Shown here: positions 1 to 8,639 of the stretch, in pieces
How the letters are laid out: each line of letters begins with the position of its first letter
Position numbering within the stretch: the first letter of the stretch is position 1
Program-made: the position numbers and the translations under genes
Assembly: GCA_020429915.1 (NCBI GenBank)
Contig: JAGQKV010000002.1
Location: 61 to 64,060 of the forward strand
Origin: Candidatus Omnitrophota bacterium
GTDB taxonomy: Bacteria > Omnitrophota > Gorgyraeia > Zapsychrales > Zapsychraceae
Direction: 5' to 3'
DNA length: 64,000 nt
Notes under the pieces: generated by a model
Told to the model about the DNA's origin: nothing
Databases searched by the model: none
Seen by the model: the letters and a program-made list of their open reading frames with translations, nothing else

Positions 1-1208
1 ACGGTCGGACCTGACGGAGCATTGGGCCCTGTGGGGACACCGGGGCCTGTCGGGTCGCTGGGACCTGTGGGATCGCCGGGAGCAGCCGGGACACCTGGAC
101 CGGTTGGAGCATTGGGTCCGGTGGGTAATTCAGTAGTTTGCGGAGCGTCGGGTCCGAACGGAGCGCCGGGACCCGTGGGTCCGTTGGGATCTACCGGAGC
201 GCCTGGCCCTGCCGGGGCGTTAGGCCCTGTCGGGTCGCTCGGACCTGTCGGATCACCGGGAACTGCGGGTCCAGACGGAGCGCCGGGACCTGTCGGGTCA
301 CTCGGGCCGGTCGGATCGCCGGGAACGGTCGGACCTGACGGAGCATTGGGCCCTGTGGGGGCACCGGGGCCAGTCGGGTCGCTGGGACCTGTGGGATCGC
401 CGGGAGCAGCCGGGGCACCTGGACCGGTTGGAGCATTGGGTCCGGTGGGTAATTCAGTAGTTTGCGGAGCGTCGGGTCCGAACGGAGCGCCGGGACCCGT
501 GGGTCCGTTGGGATCTACCGGAGCGCCGGGTCCTGCCGGGGCGTTAGGCCCTGTCGGGTCGCTCGGACCTGTCGGATCACCAGGAGTGCCGGGAACGGCC
601 GGACCTGACGGAGCGTCGGGTCCTGTGGGAGCGCCGGGACCTGTCGGGTCACTCGGGCCGGTCGGATCGCCGGGAACGGTCGGACCTGACGGAGCATTGG
701 GCCCTGTGGGGGCGCCGGGGCCTGTCGGGTCGCTCGGACCTGTCGGATCACCAGGAGTGCCGGGAACGGCCGGACCTGACGGAGCGTTAGGTCCTGAAGG
801 TGCGCCGGGACCGGTCGGGTCACTCGGACCTGTCGGATCACCAGGAGTACCGGGAACAGCCGGACCAGACGGAGCGTTCGGGCCAGACGGCGAGCCGGGA
901 CCTGTCGGGTCACTCGGCCCGGTCGGATCACCCGGTGTGCCGGGCATGGCCGGATCATTGGGCGTACCCGGTCCCGTCGGATCAGCGGGATCTTGCGGTA
1001 AGCCCGGCAATTCAGGCAGTCCCGGCGGGGCCGGCATCAGAACGATATCAGGATCACCCGGTCCTGTCGGCGGGGTTATTCCCCCCGGTCCCGACGGCGG
1101 CGTCGGTGGTGTCGGCGCGGCGACTTGCGCCAGCGCCGGTACGGCTGCGCCGAGTTGAACCGTGATGATTACGCTTGCAAGAATGGAAAAAAATCTTTTG
1201 AAGGTCAT
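1..1208 (-). CDS. Secreted Pro/Thr/Gly-rich triplet-repeat protein, 5' part only (runs off left window edge). Alternative reading: + strand collagen-like Gly-X-Y ORF 22..1158
   Basis: Minus-strand ATG at 1208..1206 with GGAG 7 nt upstream. Encodes MTFKRFFSILASVIITVQLGAAVPALA|QV, a classic signal peptide (basic n-region, hydrophobic core, AxA site), followed by (X-X-Pro)n repeats open to the window edge. The opposite strand is simultaneously open as Gly-X-Y because GGN codons pair with CCN codons sharing wobble positions. Strand call rests on the start/RBS/signal peptide only. Confidence 0.45.
   Translation of the reverse strand, partial: MTFKRFFSILASVIITVQLGAAVPALAQVAAPTPPTPPSGPGGITPPTGPGDPDIVLMPAPPGLPELPGLPQDPADPTGPGTPNDPAMPGTPGDPTGPSDPTGPGSPSGPNAPSGPAVPGTPGDPTGPSDPTGPGAPSGPNAPSGPAVPGTPGDPTGPSDPTGPGAPTGPNAPSGPTVPGDPTGPSDPTGPGAPTGPDAPSGPAVPGTPGDPTGPSDPTGPNAPAGPGAPVDPNGPTGPGAPFGPDAPQTTELPTGPNAPTGPGAPAAPGDPTGPSDPTGPGAPTGPNAPSGPTVPGDPTGPSDPTGPGAPSGPAVPGDPTGPSDPTGPNAPAGPGAPVDPNGPTGPGAPFGPDAPQTTELPTGPNAPTGPGVPAAPGDPTGPSDPTGPGVPTGPNAPSGPT
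7..1000. repeat. Tandem degenerate DNA repeats (324-bp unit at 7..330 and 331..; ~90-bp subunits at 601, 682, 772, ...) inside the triplet-repeat coding region
   Basis: Near-identical copies of ggacctgacggagcattgggccctgtggg... recur at 7, 331, 601, 682, 772. Differences between copies fall mostly on positions that are wobble in both candidate frames. Confidence 0.8.
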
Positions 1209-1412
1209 AGCAGTCTCCTGGTTAATAAAAAAATTCTTTACCATTCTATGGGCGAGCCACAATTGCGTCAATAGGACATGCTTGTACGCAGTTGCCTTTT
1301 TATGGTAATTATTTGAGATTACTATGTTTTGGAAAGATTACGGTGCGGCGGGTGGGAAAAAATACGGTCCGGCGCGGACTGATTGACCGGCGGGGCCGTG
1401 CGCGAAGAGTTA

Positions 1413-1610
1413 TTAGTAATGCGGCGGGGGTTCCTCGTCGTCGATGGGTTTGACCAGTTCTCCGCTCTCCATCTTTTCGGAGAACGTATTGATCTGATTT
1501 TGCAGGTCGCTCAGGGCCGTCTGTTGGCTGTTAATGACTTCCGTCAATTCCTCGATCTGCATATCGAGGTAAGCCACACGCTTTTCAAGTTCTATGATGC
1601 GCTCTTCCAT
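1413..1610 (-). CDS. slyX: SlyX-family protein (65 aa)
   Basis: MEERIIELEKRVAYLDMQIEELTEVINSQQTALSDLQNQINTF... is a coiled-coil pattern typical of SlyX. The internal ATG at 1610 has a GAGGA RBS. The longer track ORF 1413..1922 N-terminal extension is low-complexity, overlaps hpf and is rejected. Confidence 0.55.
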   Translation of the reverse strand: MEERIIELEKRVAYLDMQIEELTEVINSQQTALSDLQNQINTFSEKMESGELVKPIDDEEPPPHY

Positions 1611-1647
1611 ATATTGGAGGTCCTCTGTTCGGCGGAGGCGGACGGGA

Positions 1648-2040
1648 CTATTCGACCAAGGTGTCTTCGGTCTTTTCGTCAGGAAGCAACGCTTCGGGAG
1701 ACGACGGGACGCGACTCCGGTGACGCCGGCGGCGGATTTCTTCCCGTAAAAGCTGCTTGCCGCGCTTGAAGGCCTTGATGACATTTTTACAGAGGTCGGC
1801 TTCATCTTCGCTGCACTTTTCGGAGATGAAAATATCGTCGAGGTGCGGGACTTTGATATCGATCCGGACGCAGGCCGTATTGGCCTTTTGATGATGCTTG
1901 CTAAGTTTTTCGATAACGACATGGACCTTGGTTACATCCGGAGCGATGGTCTGTACCTTTTCGAATTTTTCGCGGATGATTTCATTTATTTTGGGGTGAT
2001 TGTGAATGTCATGGAAAGTAACTTCAAGCGGATTTAGCAT
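1648..2040 (-). CDS. hpf: Ribosome hibernation promoting factor / RaiA (sigma-54 modulation protein family)
   Basis: MLNPLEVTFHDIHNHPKINEIIREKFEKV...VHVVIEKLSKHHQKANTACVRIDIKVPHLDDIFISE matches the HPF/YfiA fold pattern. Start chosen at the internal ATG (2040) with a GAAAGG RBS. Confidence 0.7.
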   Translation of the reverse strand: MLNPLEVTFHDIHNHPKINEIIREKFEKVQTIAPDVTKVHVVIEKLSKHHQKANTACVRIDIKVPHLDDIFISEKCSEDEADLCKNVIKAFKRGKQLLREEIRRRRHRSRVPSSPEALLPDEKTEDTLVE

Positions 2041-2484
2041 GGGATGAACCTTTCTATCTTGTTGTTTCGGAATATTTTGCGCAAAATACCCTGTCACGCG
2101 GGGATGGCCTTCGGGGATTTTGTCCTGAAATATAAATCATTCTAGCAGATAACCGTCCGGGATAACAGCCCAAAATACGCGAAGTCCCGGAAATCCTCAG
2201 ATTTGGGGGTAACCGTACCTGTTCCGGTGGACGGTGCTGCGGCGCACGTAGGCCGGGGCCGGGCGTTTGCAGATATAGGTTTCGTACAGGCGGGTGAATA
2301 CGAGTATGATTCGACGAGAAATTGACATAACGACATCCTCCCTTGCGGTTGGCGTCCGGAGGGATGACCGGACGGGGTACTACGGGGATAAGTATACCAT
2401 CAAGTAGCGGGCAGGGACAACATTGAGTGATCAGACGAGTATCCTGCCGCCGGAAAATCTAGCCGTTGGCAGGGATTTCGAATG

Positions 2485-2880
2485 CTAAGGCGGTGCTTCC
2501 TGAGTGCCTCCAGCCTGACGGTCCATCTCCTGATCACTAGCAAGCTCCACCACTATCCCTTGATCACTGAACCCCGCCACCCGCACGAGGCTGGGCAGGA
2601 CCGGGGCGCGGTCCACGGGCTCCAGGTGGACCGGCAAATGAAATCCGTTAATATGCGCAATCTTCGGCCCGAGCAGTTCCCCGGGGTCGCCCTGTATGAC
2701 CGACACATACGTCCGCGTGCCGGGCAGGATGAACTGCAGTCCCGGACCGATCAGGCCGGTCATCCGTCCCATTTCAAGAACCGCCAGCCGTTCATCCTCA
2801 TGGATAATCTTGACGCACCGGGTGATCAGGAGGATCAGCAGCACGGCACCGGATAGCAGGATGAGGTAGTTGGTCATCAT
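2485..2880 (-). CDS. Small membrane-anchored protein with SPFH/band-7-like N-terminal motif, possibly truncated
   Basis: N-terminal TM helix, then ERLAVLEMGRMTGLIGPGLQFILPG resembling the entry of stomatin/HflC domains (ERxVVxRxGRxxxxxxPGLxFIxP). At only 131 aa it is too short for a full SPFH domain. Confidence 0.3.
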   Translation of the reverse strand: MMTNYLILLSGAVLLILLITRCVKIIHEDERLAVLEMGRMTGLIGPGLQFILPGTRTYVSVIQGDPGELLGPKIAHINGFHLPVHLEPVDRAPVLPSLVRVAGFSDQGIVVELASDQEMDRQAGGTQEAPP

Positions 2881-2914
2881 GGGTTAAAAAAAGCGGACCC
2901 GCCTCTCTGTGCAC

Positions 2915-4048
2915 CTAACTTTTGCGAGGCTTCCACTCTTTCTTCGGTCCCTTCAACTTGGGATCGATCTCGCGGCGGGATTCCTTCGACCATTCGCAGT
3001 GATAGTTGTCGATTAATTCGTTGTCCAACTCGTCGGCCTTCAGGGACATGTTGAAGATGTGCCGGCGGATATCGTCGGACAGGCCTGTTTTCAGGTCCGC
3101 CAGCCGCACCCGGTACGAGAGGTACACCGATGATTCATAAATGGCCAGGAAGTACGGCGGGACGGGATTGGACAGCAGGTAGCGGTACAGCGGCTCGAGC
3201 CCGGTCTTGGGGAGTTTCACCAGCGGACAGGTCGCCAGCAGGTACTTTTCTTTGTAGACGAAGATCCGGATTAAGGCGCTGCCCTGGTAAAATTCCCAGA
3301 ATTCGTACCCCGCGCGGGCGACCACCGGATCGATTTCGCGTACCCCCAGGGCCCCTTCCACGAATTCGGCCAGCGAACTCAGGGTCGCTTCCTGAAAAAG
3401 GTTTTTACCATCGAGTTTGTGTCCGCAGTGCGAACAATAGTCGGATTCTTCGACGATGAGTTGACTGCAGGACGGACACTTGACCGAAAACTGTTCCGGC
3501 CGGTTGGCACGGAATTCCTCCAGCTCCTTTACCAGAGCCTCGCTGGGCAGCGCGTAACCCATATTTTCGGCCTGCGCGATCTTGCAGGTGGTGACCCCGA
3601 TAATCCGACCTTCCGCGTCGAGCATGGGGCCGCCGCTGTTGCCCGGATTGATGGCCGCGTCCGTCTGGACATAATTGTTCTCGCCGATGTTCTGGCTCGG
3701 TGAAGAGACGATCCCCTCCGTCACGGTAAACGGCCGGCCGAAGGGAAAGCCCATCACATACACCTTGGCGCGCATCGTCAGTTCGTCGGAATTGACAAAC
3801 GCCGGGTCGGTCTGCCCGAGGTCCTCCTTGCATTCGAGAAAGGCCAGGTCGAGCGCCGGATTGATTTGCAGGACCCGGACCTTGTACTTGTCCTTGTCTT
3901 GCGTCTCCACCGCGACAAACCGGTTGCCGGCCACCACGTGATGGTTGGTGACGACCAGATTGTCCGACGGCAGATAGAACCCGGAGCCGGTCCCGCTGGA
4001 GGTGGTGACCTTGACGACGGCTGAGGAGTATTGGTCGATATCACTCAT
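2915..4048 (-). CDS. Trypsin-like (S1) serine peptidase with C-terminal zinc ribbon and YbjN-like domain
   Basis: TDAAINPGNSGGPM catalytic serine motif and HHV His region. CPSCS...CSHCGH zinc ribbon. C-terminal YLLATCPLVKLP...YFLAIYESSVYLSYRVRLADL resembles YbjN / T3SS-chaperone-like domains. Confidence 0.75.
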   Translation of the reverse strand: MSDIDQYSSAVVKVTTSSGTGSGFYLPSDNLVVTNHHVVAGNRFVAVETQDKDKYKVRVLQINPALDLAFLECKEDLGQTDPAFVNSDELTMRAKVYVMGFPFGRPFTVTEGIVSSPSQNIGENNYVQTDAAINPGNSGGPMLDAEGRIIGVTTCKIAQAENMGYALPSEALVKELEEFRANRPEQFSVKCPSCSQLIVEESDYCSHCGHKLDGKNLFQEATLSSLAEFVEGALGVREIDPVVARAGYEFWEFYQGSALIRIFVYKEKYLLATCPLVKLPKTGLEPLYRYLLSNPVPPYFLAIYESSVYLSYRVRLADLKTGLSDDIRRHIFNMSLKADELDNELIDNYHCEWSKESRREIDPKLKGPKKEWKPRKS

Positions 4049-4054
4049 GTGGTT

Positions 4055-4213
4055 GTATCCTGTGTGGAATATCGAATATCGAATATCGAAGGAGCATCGA
4101 ATTACCGAATATCGAATTCTGAAACTGTTTGTTTCGAGAATTCGGAGATTCGAACTTCGGGCTTCCTTCGATATTCGGATTTCGGGTTTCGATATTGATC
4201 ATCACGTTATCCG
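4055..4213. repeat. Intergenic repeat element, TTCGAATATCGAA family (copy A)
   Basis: (AATATCG)x3 then cgaattaccgaatatcgaattc ... ccttcgatattcggatttcgggtttcgatattg. Shares submotifs with copies at 9262..9440, 51447..51545 and 57306..57492. Confidence 0.7.
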
Positions 4214-5326
4214 TTACTTTGTCATAAGCATGACCTTCTGCACGAACCCATGCAGGTTGCGTGCCGCTTCGGGCCATTTTTTGCCGCTGACTTTTTTGAG
4301 CGCGTGGTTGAGCGCTTCTTCCACTTTGACCGGAGGCGAATACCGGTACAGCAAATTGTAAATGCCGAACGCCAGGTAGTAAAAACCGCTGACGAAGCGG
4401 TCATGGGCGATTTCCTTTTCGGCATTGGTGTAGTCGTTGCGCAGGATTTCCTGGACACGGGCCAGGGCCACGGGCGTGCGCACCGAAATGAAAAAGCTGG
4501 GAATATACATCGCCTTCTGAAAGCGGGCCTCGTCGTATTCTGAGCGCAGTTTGTGCAGGGCGTCCATGATCTCGGTCAGCTTTTCCGCGTCACTGAGCTG
4601 GCCCTTCTGCAGGCCGGAGCTGATCTGCTTCTCGATATCGGACCGGAGTTTGCCCTGCGGCGCCAGCACGCAATCGAGTTTCATCAGCGTCATGACCGCT
4701 GCGTCGAGCGCCACCGCGAAGCTGCGTTCGTCGCGCAGGTAGTCGATATAGGCGTCGAGTTCCTTAATGATATCATTGAAGTCTTTCCAGAGAGTCTTCT
4801 GCTGGCCTTTGGAAAAATGGCGTACCTCCGGCTCGCGAAAGCGTTCGGCGCCCAGCTCCTCGACAAAGATGTCGTCGTAGTAGTCGGCCTGGATACAGAT
4901 TTCATGGAAGACGTCATAAATCTTGGACGGCTCGCAGGCCTCCATCGGGGTCTGATAATAAAAGAAAAGCTCGTTGTTATGCAACTGGATCTGGCTGGTG
5001 GTGAGGACCGAAAAATTGATCTCGTTGATCTGCCGCAGCAGCGGGGTCATGTTGCCGTCGCCCAGCCGGACAAACGGAGCGATGATCTGGATGTATCCTT
5101 CACGGATCGCGACGTTGAGCACGGTCGACCCATGCGGGATGGCGATCTGGTCCGAATCGCGGAAGCGTTTCAGCGCGTAAGGATCGCAATAGTTGATGAT
5201 GTTGTGCAGGGTATCCCTCAGGCGGCCCTTTTCATAATACTCCACGGCCTTGTTCCAGTATTTGGCGTCATTCTTGGCCGAAAGGTTCCCCAGGATCGGT
5301 TTGTAATATTTGGGTGCGACTTTCAT
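4214..5326 (-). CDS. Hypothetical protein (370 aa)
   Basis: Long ORF with protein-like composition and no recognisable motif. Sits between two copies of the intergenic repeat family. Confidence 0.5.
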   Translation of the reverse strand: MKVAPKYYKPILGNLSAKNDAKYWNKAVEYYEKGRLRDTLHNIINYCDPYALKRFRDSDQIAIPHGSTVLNVAIREGYIQIIAPFVRLGDGNMTPLLRQINEINFSVLTTSQIQLHNNELFFYYQTPMEACEPSKIYDVFHEICIQADYYDDIFVEELGAERFREPEVRHFSKGQQKTLWKDFNDIIKELDAYIDYLRDERSFAVALDAAVMTLMKLDCVLAPQGKLRSDIEKQISSGLQKGQLSDAEKLTEIMDALHKLRSEYDEARFQKAMYIPSFFISVRTPVALARVQEILRNDYTNAEKEIAHDRFVSGFYYLAFGIYNLLYRYSPPVKVEEALNHALKKVSGKKWPEAARNLHGFVQKVMLMTK

Positions 5327-5359
5327 ATATAACTAAGTATAGGCACAGCCGGGCGCAGG

Positions 5360-7357
5360 TCAAGGGCTTCGCGGGGAATCTGCCTCCGCCGCAGCCGGCA
5401 TCTCGGGCTCGCGGTAGGCTTCCTCAGTTTTCTTTCGTTCAACGGCCGCCTCCAGGATTTCCACCAGCTCCTGCTCCCCGGCCGTGCGGGCGCGGTCGAG
5501 CGGGGTTTCGCCGCGGTTATTCTGACTCGTGGGATCGGCGAAATGGTTACGCAGCAGATAAACGGCCGTCTCCGTGGCGCCTTTTTCGACCACCAGATGC
5601 AGGCACTGATCGCCTTCGCCGGTTCTGACGGTCCAGTCCAGCTCCTCGAAGTCGGCCAGATACTGAAGAAAGCGTGTCTGGCCCAAACGACAGGCGTGGT
5701 GCAGGGCAGTCCACTCCGCTTTTCCCGGTTTATTTAACAAATCAGGATCTTCTTCCAGGATGAGCCTGGCGATCGCGATGGATCCCTTGCTTGCCGCCTG
5801 TTGCAAGCTGTAGACATCGACCGGACTGCCCTTTTCAATAAGCTTGCGGACGGTGCTGTAGGATTTGTGGATGACGGCGTGATGAATGGGTAGATACTGA
5901 TCGGCATCCTTGATGTCCAGCTTCGGATCGGAGTCGAGGATCAATTCCGCCAGCTTCCATTCCCGGTTCTGAACCGCCGTGTGCAACAAGGTCTCCCCGT
6001 CGCTGTTTTTGAGGTTGACGTCCCCGCCGTTTTTGAGATACAGGTACACGTCGACCAGGTCCCCCATGCTGATGGCCTTGTGGATGTCGTGGGGGCCGGG
6101 AGCCGGTCCGTCGCCCATGGCCCATTCGCGGGCCTTGACGAAGGTTTCCGCTTCGTCCCATGTCCCGAGGACCGGTCGGTCACCGATCAATTCAAATGCC
6201 TTCCTCGCGTGCACTTTATCCCGGAAGTGATACGCGAACCAAGCATACTTGTTGGCGACGCGGTATTTGTAGGGGGCCTGCGACATGTAATACTCGAGGT
6301 GTTGAAGCGTTTCTTCCCGGGTAAAGTCGAATTTCTTAAGGTAGTCGTTGAACCCGACATAATTCATGACGCTGAGCAGGATGTGCGCGCGCATCAGTTT
6401 GCGGTAATGCTCGTCCAGGTTAATGGTCGAACCCCGCATAAAATGTTCCAGTGCGCCCGGTCGGCCGCCCCAGCGCGGCAACAGGGTTACGGCCATTTGC
6501 CGGTACAACCGGGGATAATGGGGATCGACCTTTTGCCCCTTATCGAAAATGCTGCGCGTGGTCGTGTCGTCATGGCTGAGGCTCATCGCGATTAAGATCC
6601 AGCGGGCGTATACATCCACATTGTCGGGATGGTGCTGCAGGACGCGCTGAACCAAACGCTCGGCCTCGGTCAGTTTTTCGTGAAACCGTTGAAAACTTCC
6701 CTTGGTCACCGAATTGGCATAGTCACCGCCGCGATAGCTCCAGGCGAGACTGATCAGGGCCTCGATTTTGACCAGCTCCGGTAACACCGAGTCCGGGTAT
6801 TGGGTCTTCCACTCCTCCAGGGCGGCCAGGAATTTCGGCGTTTCTTCCTTGATGTCGAGGTCCCAGAACCCTTCCGCGATATCACTAACGAAGCCATGGT
6901 AGTGCTCCTGCCTGAGTTCGGGGTCCTGGTAAATGTAATCGCCGGCATACTCCAACAAGTCGTAGCGGCCGGCACCGAACAGCGCCGCAGTCATGGTGTC
7001 GAAGGTACCGTCCCGATTACGGGCAGACAGCTCTTCGCGAATGACCTGTTCATCGACATTCACGGTGTTGACCTTGCTCACCAACGAGTCGTCCATGGTC
7101 AAATCCAGCAGCACATCTCCCTTTTTGTTGTACAGCCTGTACGAACCGGACGCTTCGCCCTTTTGGTAGACCAGACGCATTCTCAGTTCATTGGTAAAAT
7201 AATAGGCTTCGCCGTCCCGTTTTCCTTCCACGTAGTGATACTTGGAGTCCAGCCCGCCGTTCCAGCGGTAGTCTAAATCCCATCCGTGAAGCTGGCCTTC
7301 GTGGTATTCCTGCTGTCTGTCTATACTACCGTTGGGAAAGTACCATGTTTGGTCCAC
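5360..7357 (-). CDS. MORN(YwqK-like)-repeat plus ankyrin-repeat protein
   Basis: N-terminal WYFPNG...EGQLHG MORN-variant repeats. C-terminal ankyrin repeats (GETLLHTAVQN..., LPIHHAVIHKS..., TALHHACRLGQ..., DQCLHLVVEKG..., GETPLDRART...). Confidence 0.75.
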   Translation of the reverse strand: MDQTWYFPNGSIDRQQEYHEGQLHGWDLDYRWNGGLDSKYHYVEGKRDGEAYYFTNELRMRLVYQKGEASGSYRLYNKKGDVLLDLTMDDSLVSKVNTVNVDEQVIREELSARNRDGTFDTMTAALFGAGRYDLLEYAGDYIYQDPELRQEHYHGFVSDIAEGFWDLDIKEETPKFLAALEEWKTQYPDSVLPELVKIEALISLAWSYRGGDYANSVTKGSFQRFHEKLTEAERLVQRVLQHHPDNVDVYARWILIAMSLSHDDTTTRSIFDKGQKVDPHYPRLYRQMAVTLLPRWGGRPGALEHFMRGSTINLDEHYRKLMRAHILLSVMNYVGFNDYLKKFDFTREETLQHLEYYMSQAPYKYRVANKYAWFAYHFRDKVHARKAFELIGDRPVLGTWDEAETFVKAREWAMGDGPAPGPHDIHKAISMGDLVDVYLYLKNGGDVNLKNSDGETLLHTAVQNREWKLAELILDSDPKLDIKDADQYLPIHHAVIHKSYSTVRKLIEKGSPVDVYSLQQAASKGSIAIARLILEEDPDLLNKPGKAEWTALHHACRLGQTRFLQYLADFEELDWTVRTGEGDQCLHLVVEKGATETAVYLLRNHFADPTSQNNRGETPLDRARTAGEQELVEILEAAVERKKTEEAYREPEMPAAAEADSPRSP

Positions 7358-8016
7358 AGTGTGCCGTCGGGATTGTACCAGGTGTGTTCTCCTTCCGTCT
7401 TGCCGTCTTTGTATGTGCGGGTCTCGGCAAGTTGTCCGTTGGGGTGAAAAAATTTTGACGGTCCATGCAGTCTGCCGCGGTAGAAGGACGACTCTTCCTT
7501 TAATGTCCCGTCTTCGTAGAAAAATTTACTTATTCCGTGCTGGAGATTGTTGACCCGCTCTTCTTCGGACTTCAGCGCTCCGCTCGGATAGTACCATTTA
7601 TTGATACCGTTCATCAGATTGTTCTTGAACTGATTGACGGAGTAGTACTGACCGTTTTCCAGGTAGCGCTTGATCTCGCCTTCCAACTAGCCGTTGTCGA
7701 AGTGATCTTCACTGCGGATCGTTCCGTCTTTGAGCCAGGTTTTGCCGGGACCGTGAGCTTTATCATTGAGGATGCCGTATTCTTCCGCCAGTTGGCCGTC
7801 GGCGTAATAAGTGCTGCGTATTCACCTGTTTTGTCCGAGCAGAAAAGGGATGAACTCATACCTTTGTTCCGTGTGCACCCGGCCGTTCATATGGTAAGTT
7901 CGCTTGACGGTTTCATCGTAAATCTTATAGCCGATGGCGCTCAGGATGATCAGCACCGCAATGTACAGCCCGAATCTCCTGATCATGTTAACCTCCTGTG
8001 CGCGGTGACTGTCCAC
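7321..8016 (-). pseudogene. Disrupted MORN-repeat (YwqK-family) membrane protein gene with two in-frame stops
   Basis: A single reading frame encodes an N-terminal TM anchor (MIRRFGLYIAVLIILSAIGYKIY) then MORN repeats (TYYADGQLAEEYGI..., LEGEIKRYLENGQYY..., WYYPSGALKSEE...). It is interrupted by TGA at 7822..7824 and TAG at 7687..7689 (DHFDNG*LEGEIK, where the repeat consensus expects Q). Confidence 0.5.
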
Positions 8017-8639
8017 GCCAGCGTGGAAAATTGTTTGAGGTCCACTTCATATCCCAATTCGCGCAGCACGGCCAGGTCGCGGTCGTGGATCCAGTAGTAT
8101 TCGTCCTCGGCCTCGTCCACCATGGCGCTGAGGCCTTCGGTCCGGTATTGGGCATTGATACGCTGCTGATCTTCTTCGGTGGAGTACATCAGGTCGCCGA
8201 AGACCATGATGCCGGCGGGATGCAGGGCTTCGTGGCAGGTCTGAATCAGGATTTGTTTTTCTTCCGGAGTGAGGTGATGAACGGTATAGGTGCTCACGAT
8301 GGCGTCGAACGGTTCCGGCGGGCTTTCAAAATACTGCAGCAGGTCGGTCTGGATCAGTTCATAGTTCCGGCCGCCGAGTTTTTCGCGGGCGATGGCCAGC
8401 ATCTTCCCGGAATTGTCCACCCCCACGATCTCCCCCGCCTGGATGAGATTCGAGAGGTTGCCCGTGCCGGTCCCCAGATCAAGGACGCGCCGGCAGTGGC
8501 GGGCGTTGACCTGACCGGCGACCCAGCCGAGCAGTTGCGCGTACCCGGCACGGTAGGGAATCTCTTCCTGTAGCACGTGCGCGTCGTACTCGTGCGCTTC
8601 GTCATCGTGATTAAATTTGTCCCCGTAACGGCTTTTCAT
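7983..8639 (-). CDS. Class I SAM-dependent methyltransferase
   Basis: VLDLGTGTGNLS motif I and downstream motifs; 218 aa. Confidence 0.75.
   Translation of the reverse strand: MKSRYGDKFNHDDEAHEYDAHVLQEEIPYRAGYAQLLGWVAGQVNARHCRRVLDLGTGTGNLSNLIQAGEIVGVDNSGKMLAIAREKLGGRNYELIQTDLLQYFESPPEPFDAIVSTYTVHHLTPEEKQILIQTCHEALHPAGIMVFGDLMYSTEEDQQRINAQYRTEGLSAMVDEAEDEYYWIHDRDLAVLRELGYEVDLKQFSTLAWTVTAHRRLT

Noticed and set aside
22-1158. + strand 378-aa collagen-like Gly-X-Y ORF as the primary gene call
   Set aside because: Not rejected outright. It is kept as the alternative reading because the opposite strand has an ATG with RBS and a textbook signal peptide, which are unlikely by chance, whereas the + ORF has no start context in the window. 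The strand remains genuinely ambiguous.
1413-1922. Long 169-aa version of the slyX ORF, and the long N-terminal extensions of ORFs 10471..11091, 60720..61184, 39693.., 42005..43921 and 49304..50047
   Set aside because: The extensions are low-complexity or overlap neighbouring genes. Internal ATGs with RBSs give family-typical lengths.
2041-2140. Possible sigma-54 promoter (GG-N10-GC) upstream of hpf
   Set aside because: Only a weak match (cagGGtattttGCgc) to TGGCAC-N5-TTGCW; not reported as a feature.
7687-7824. Alternative genetic code (stop-codon reassignment) to explain in-frame TGA and TAG
   Set aside because: All other genes, including a 15-kb ORF, are intact under the standard code with normal TAA/TGA/TAG terminations; a localised lesion is more parsimonious.
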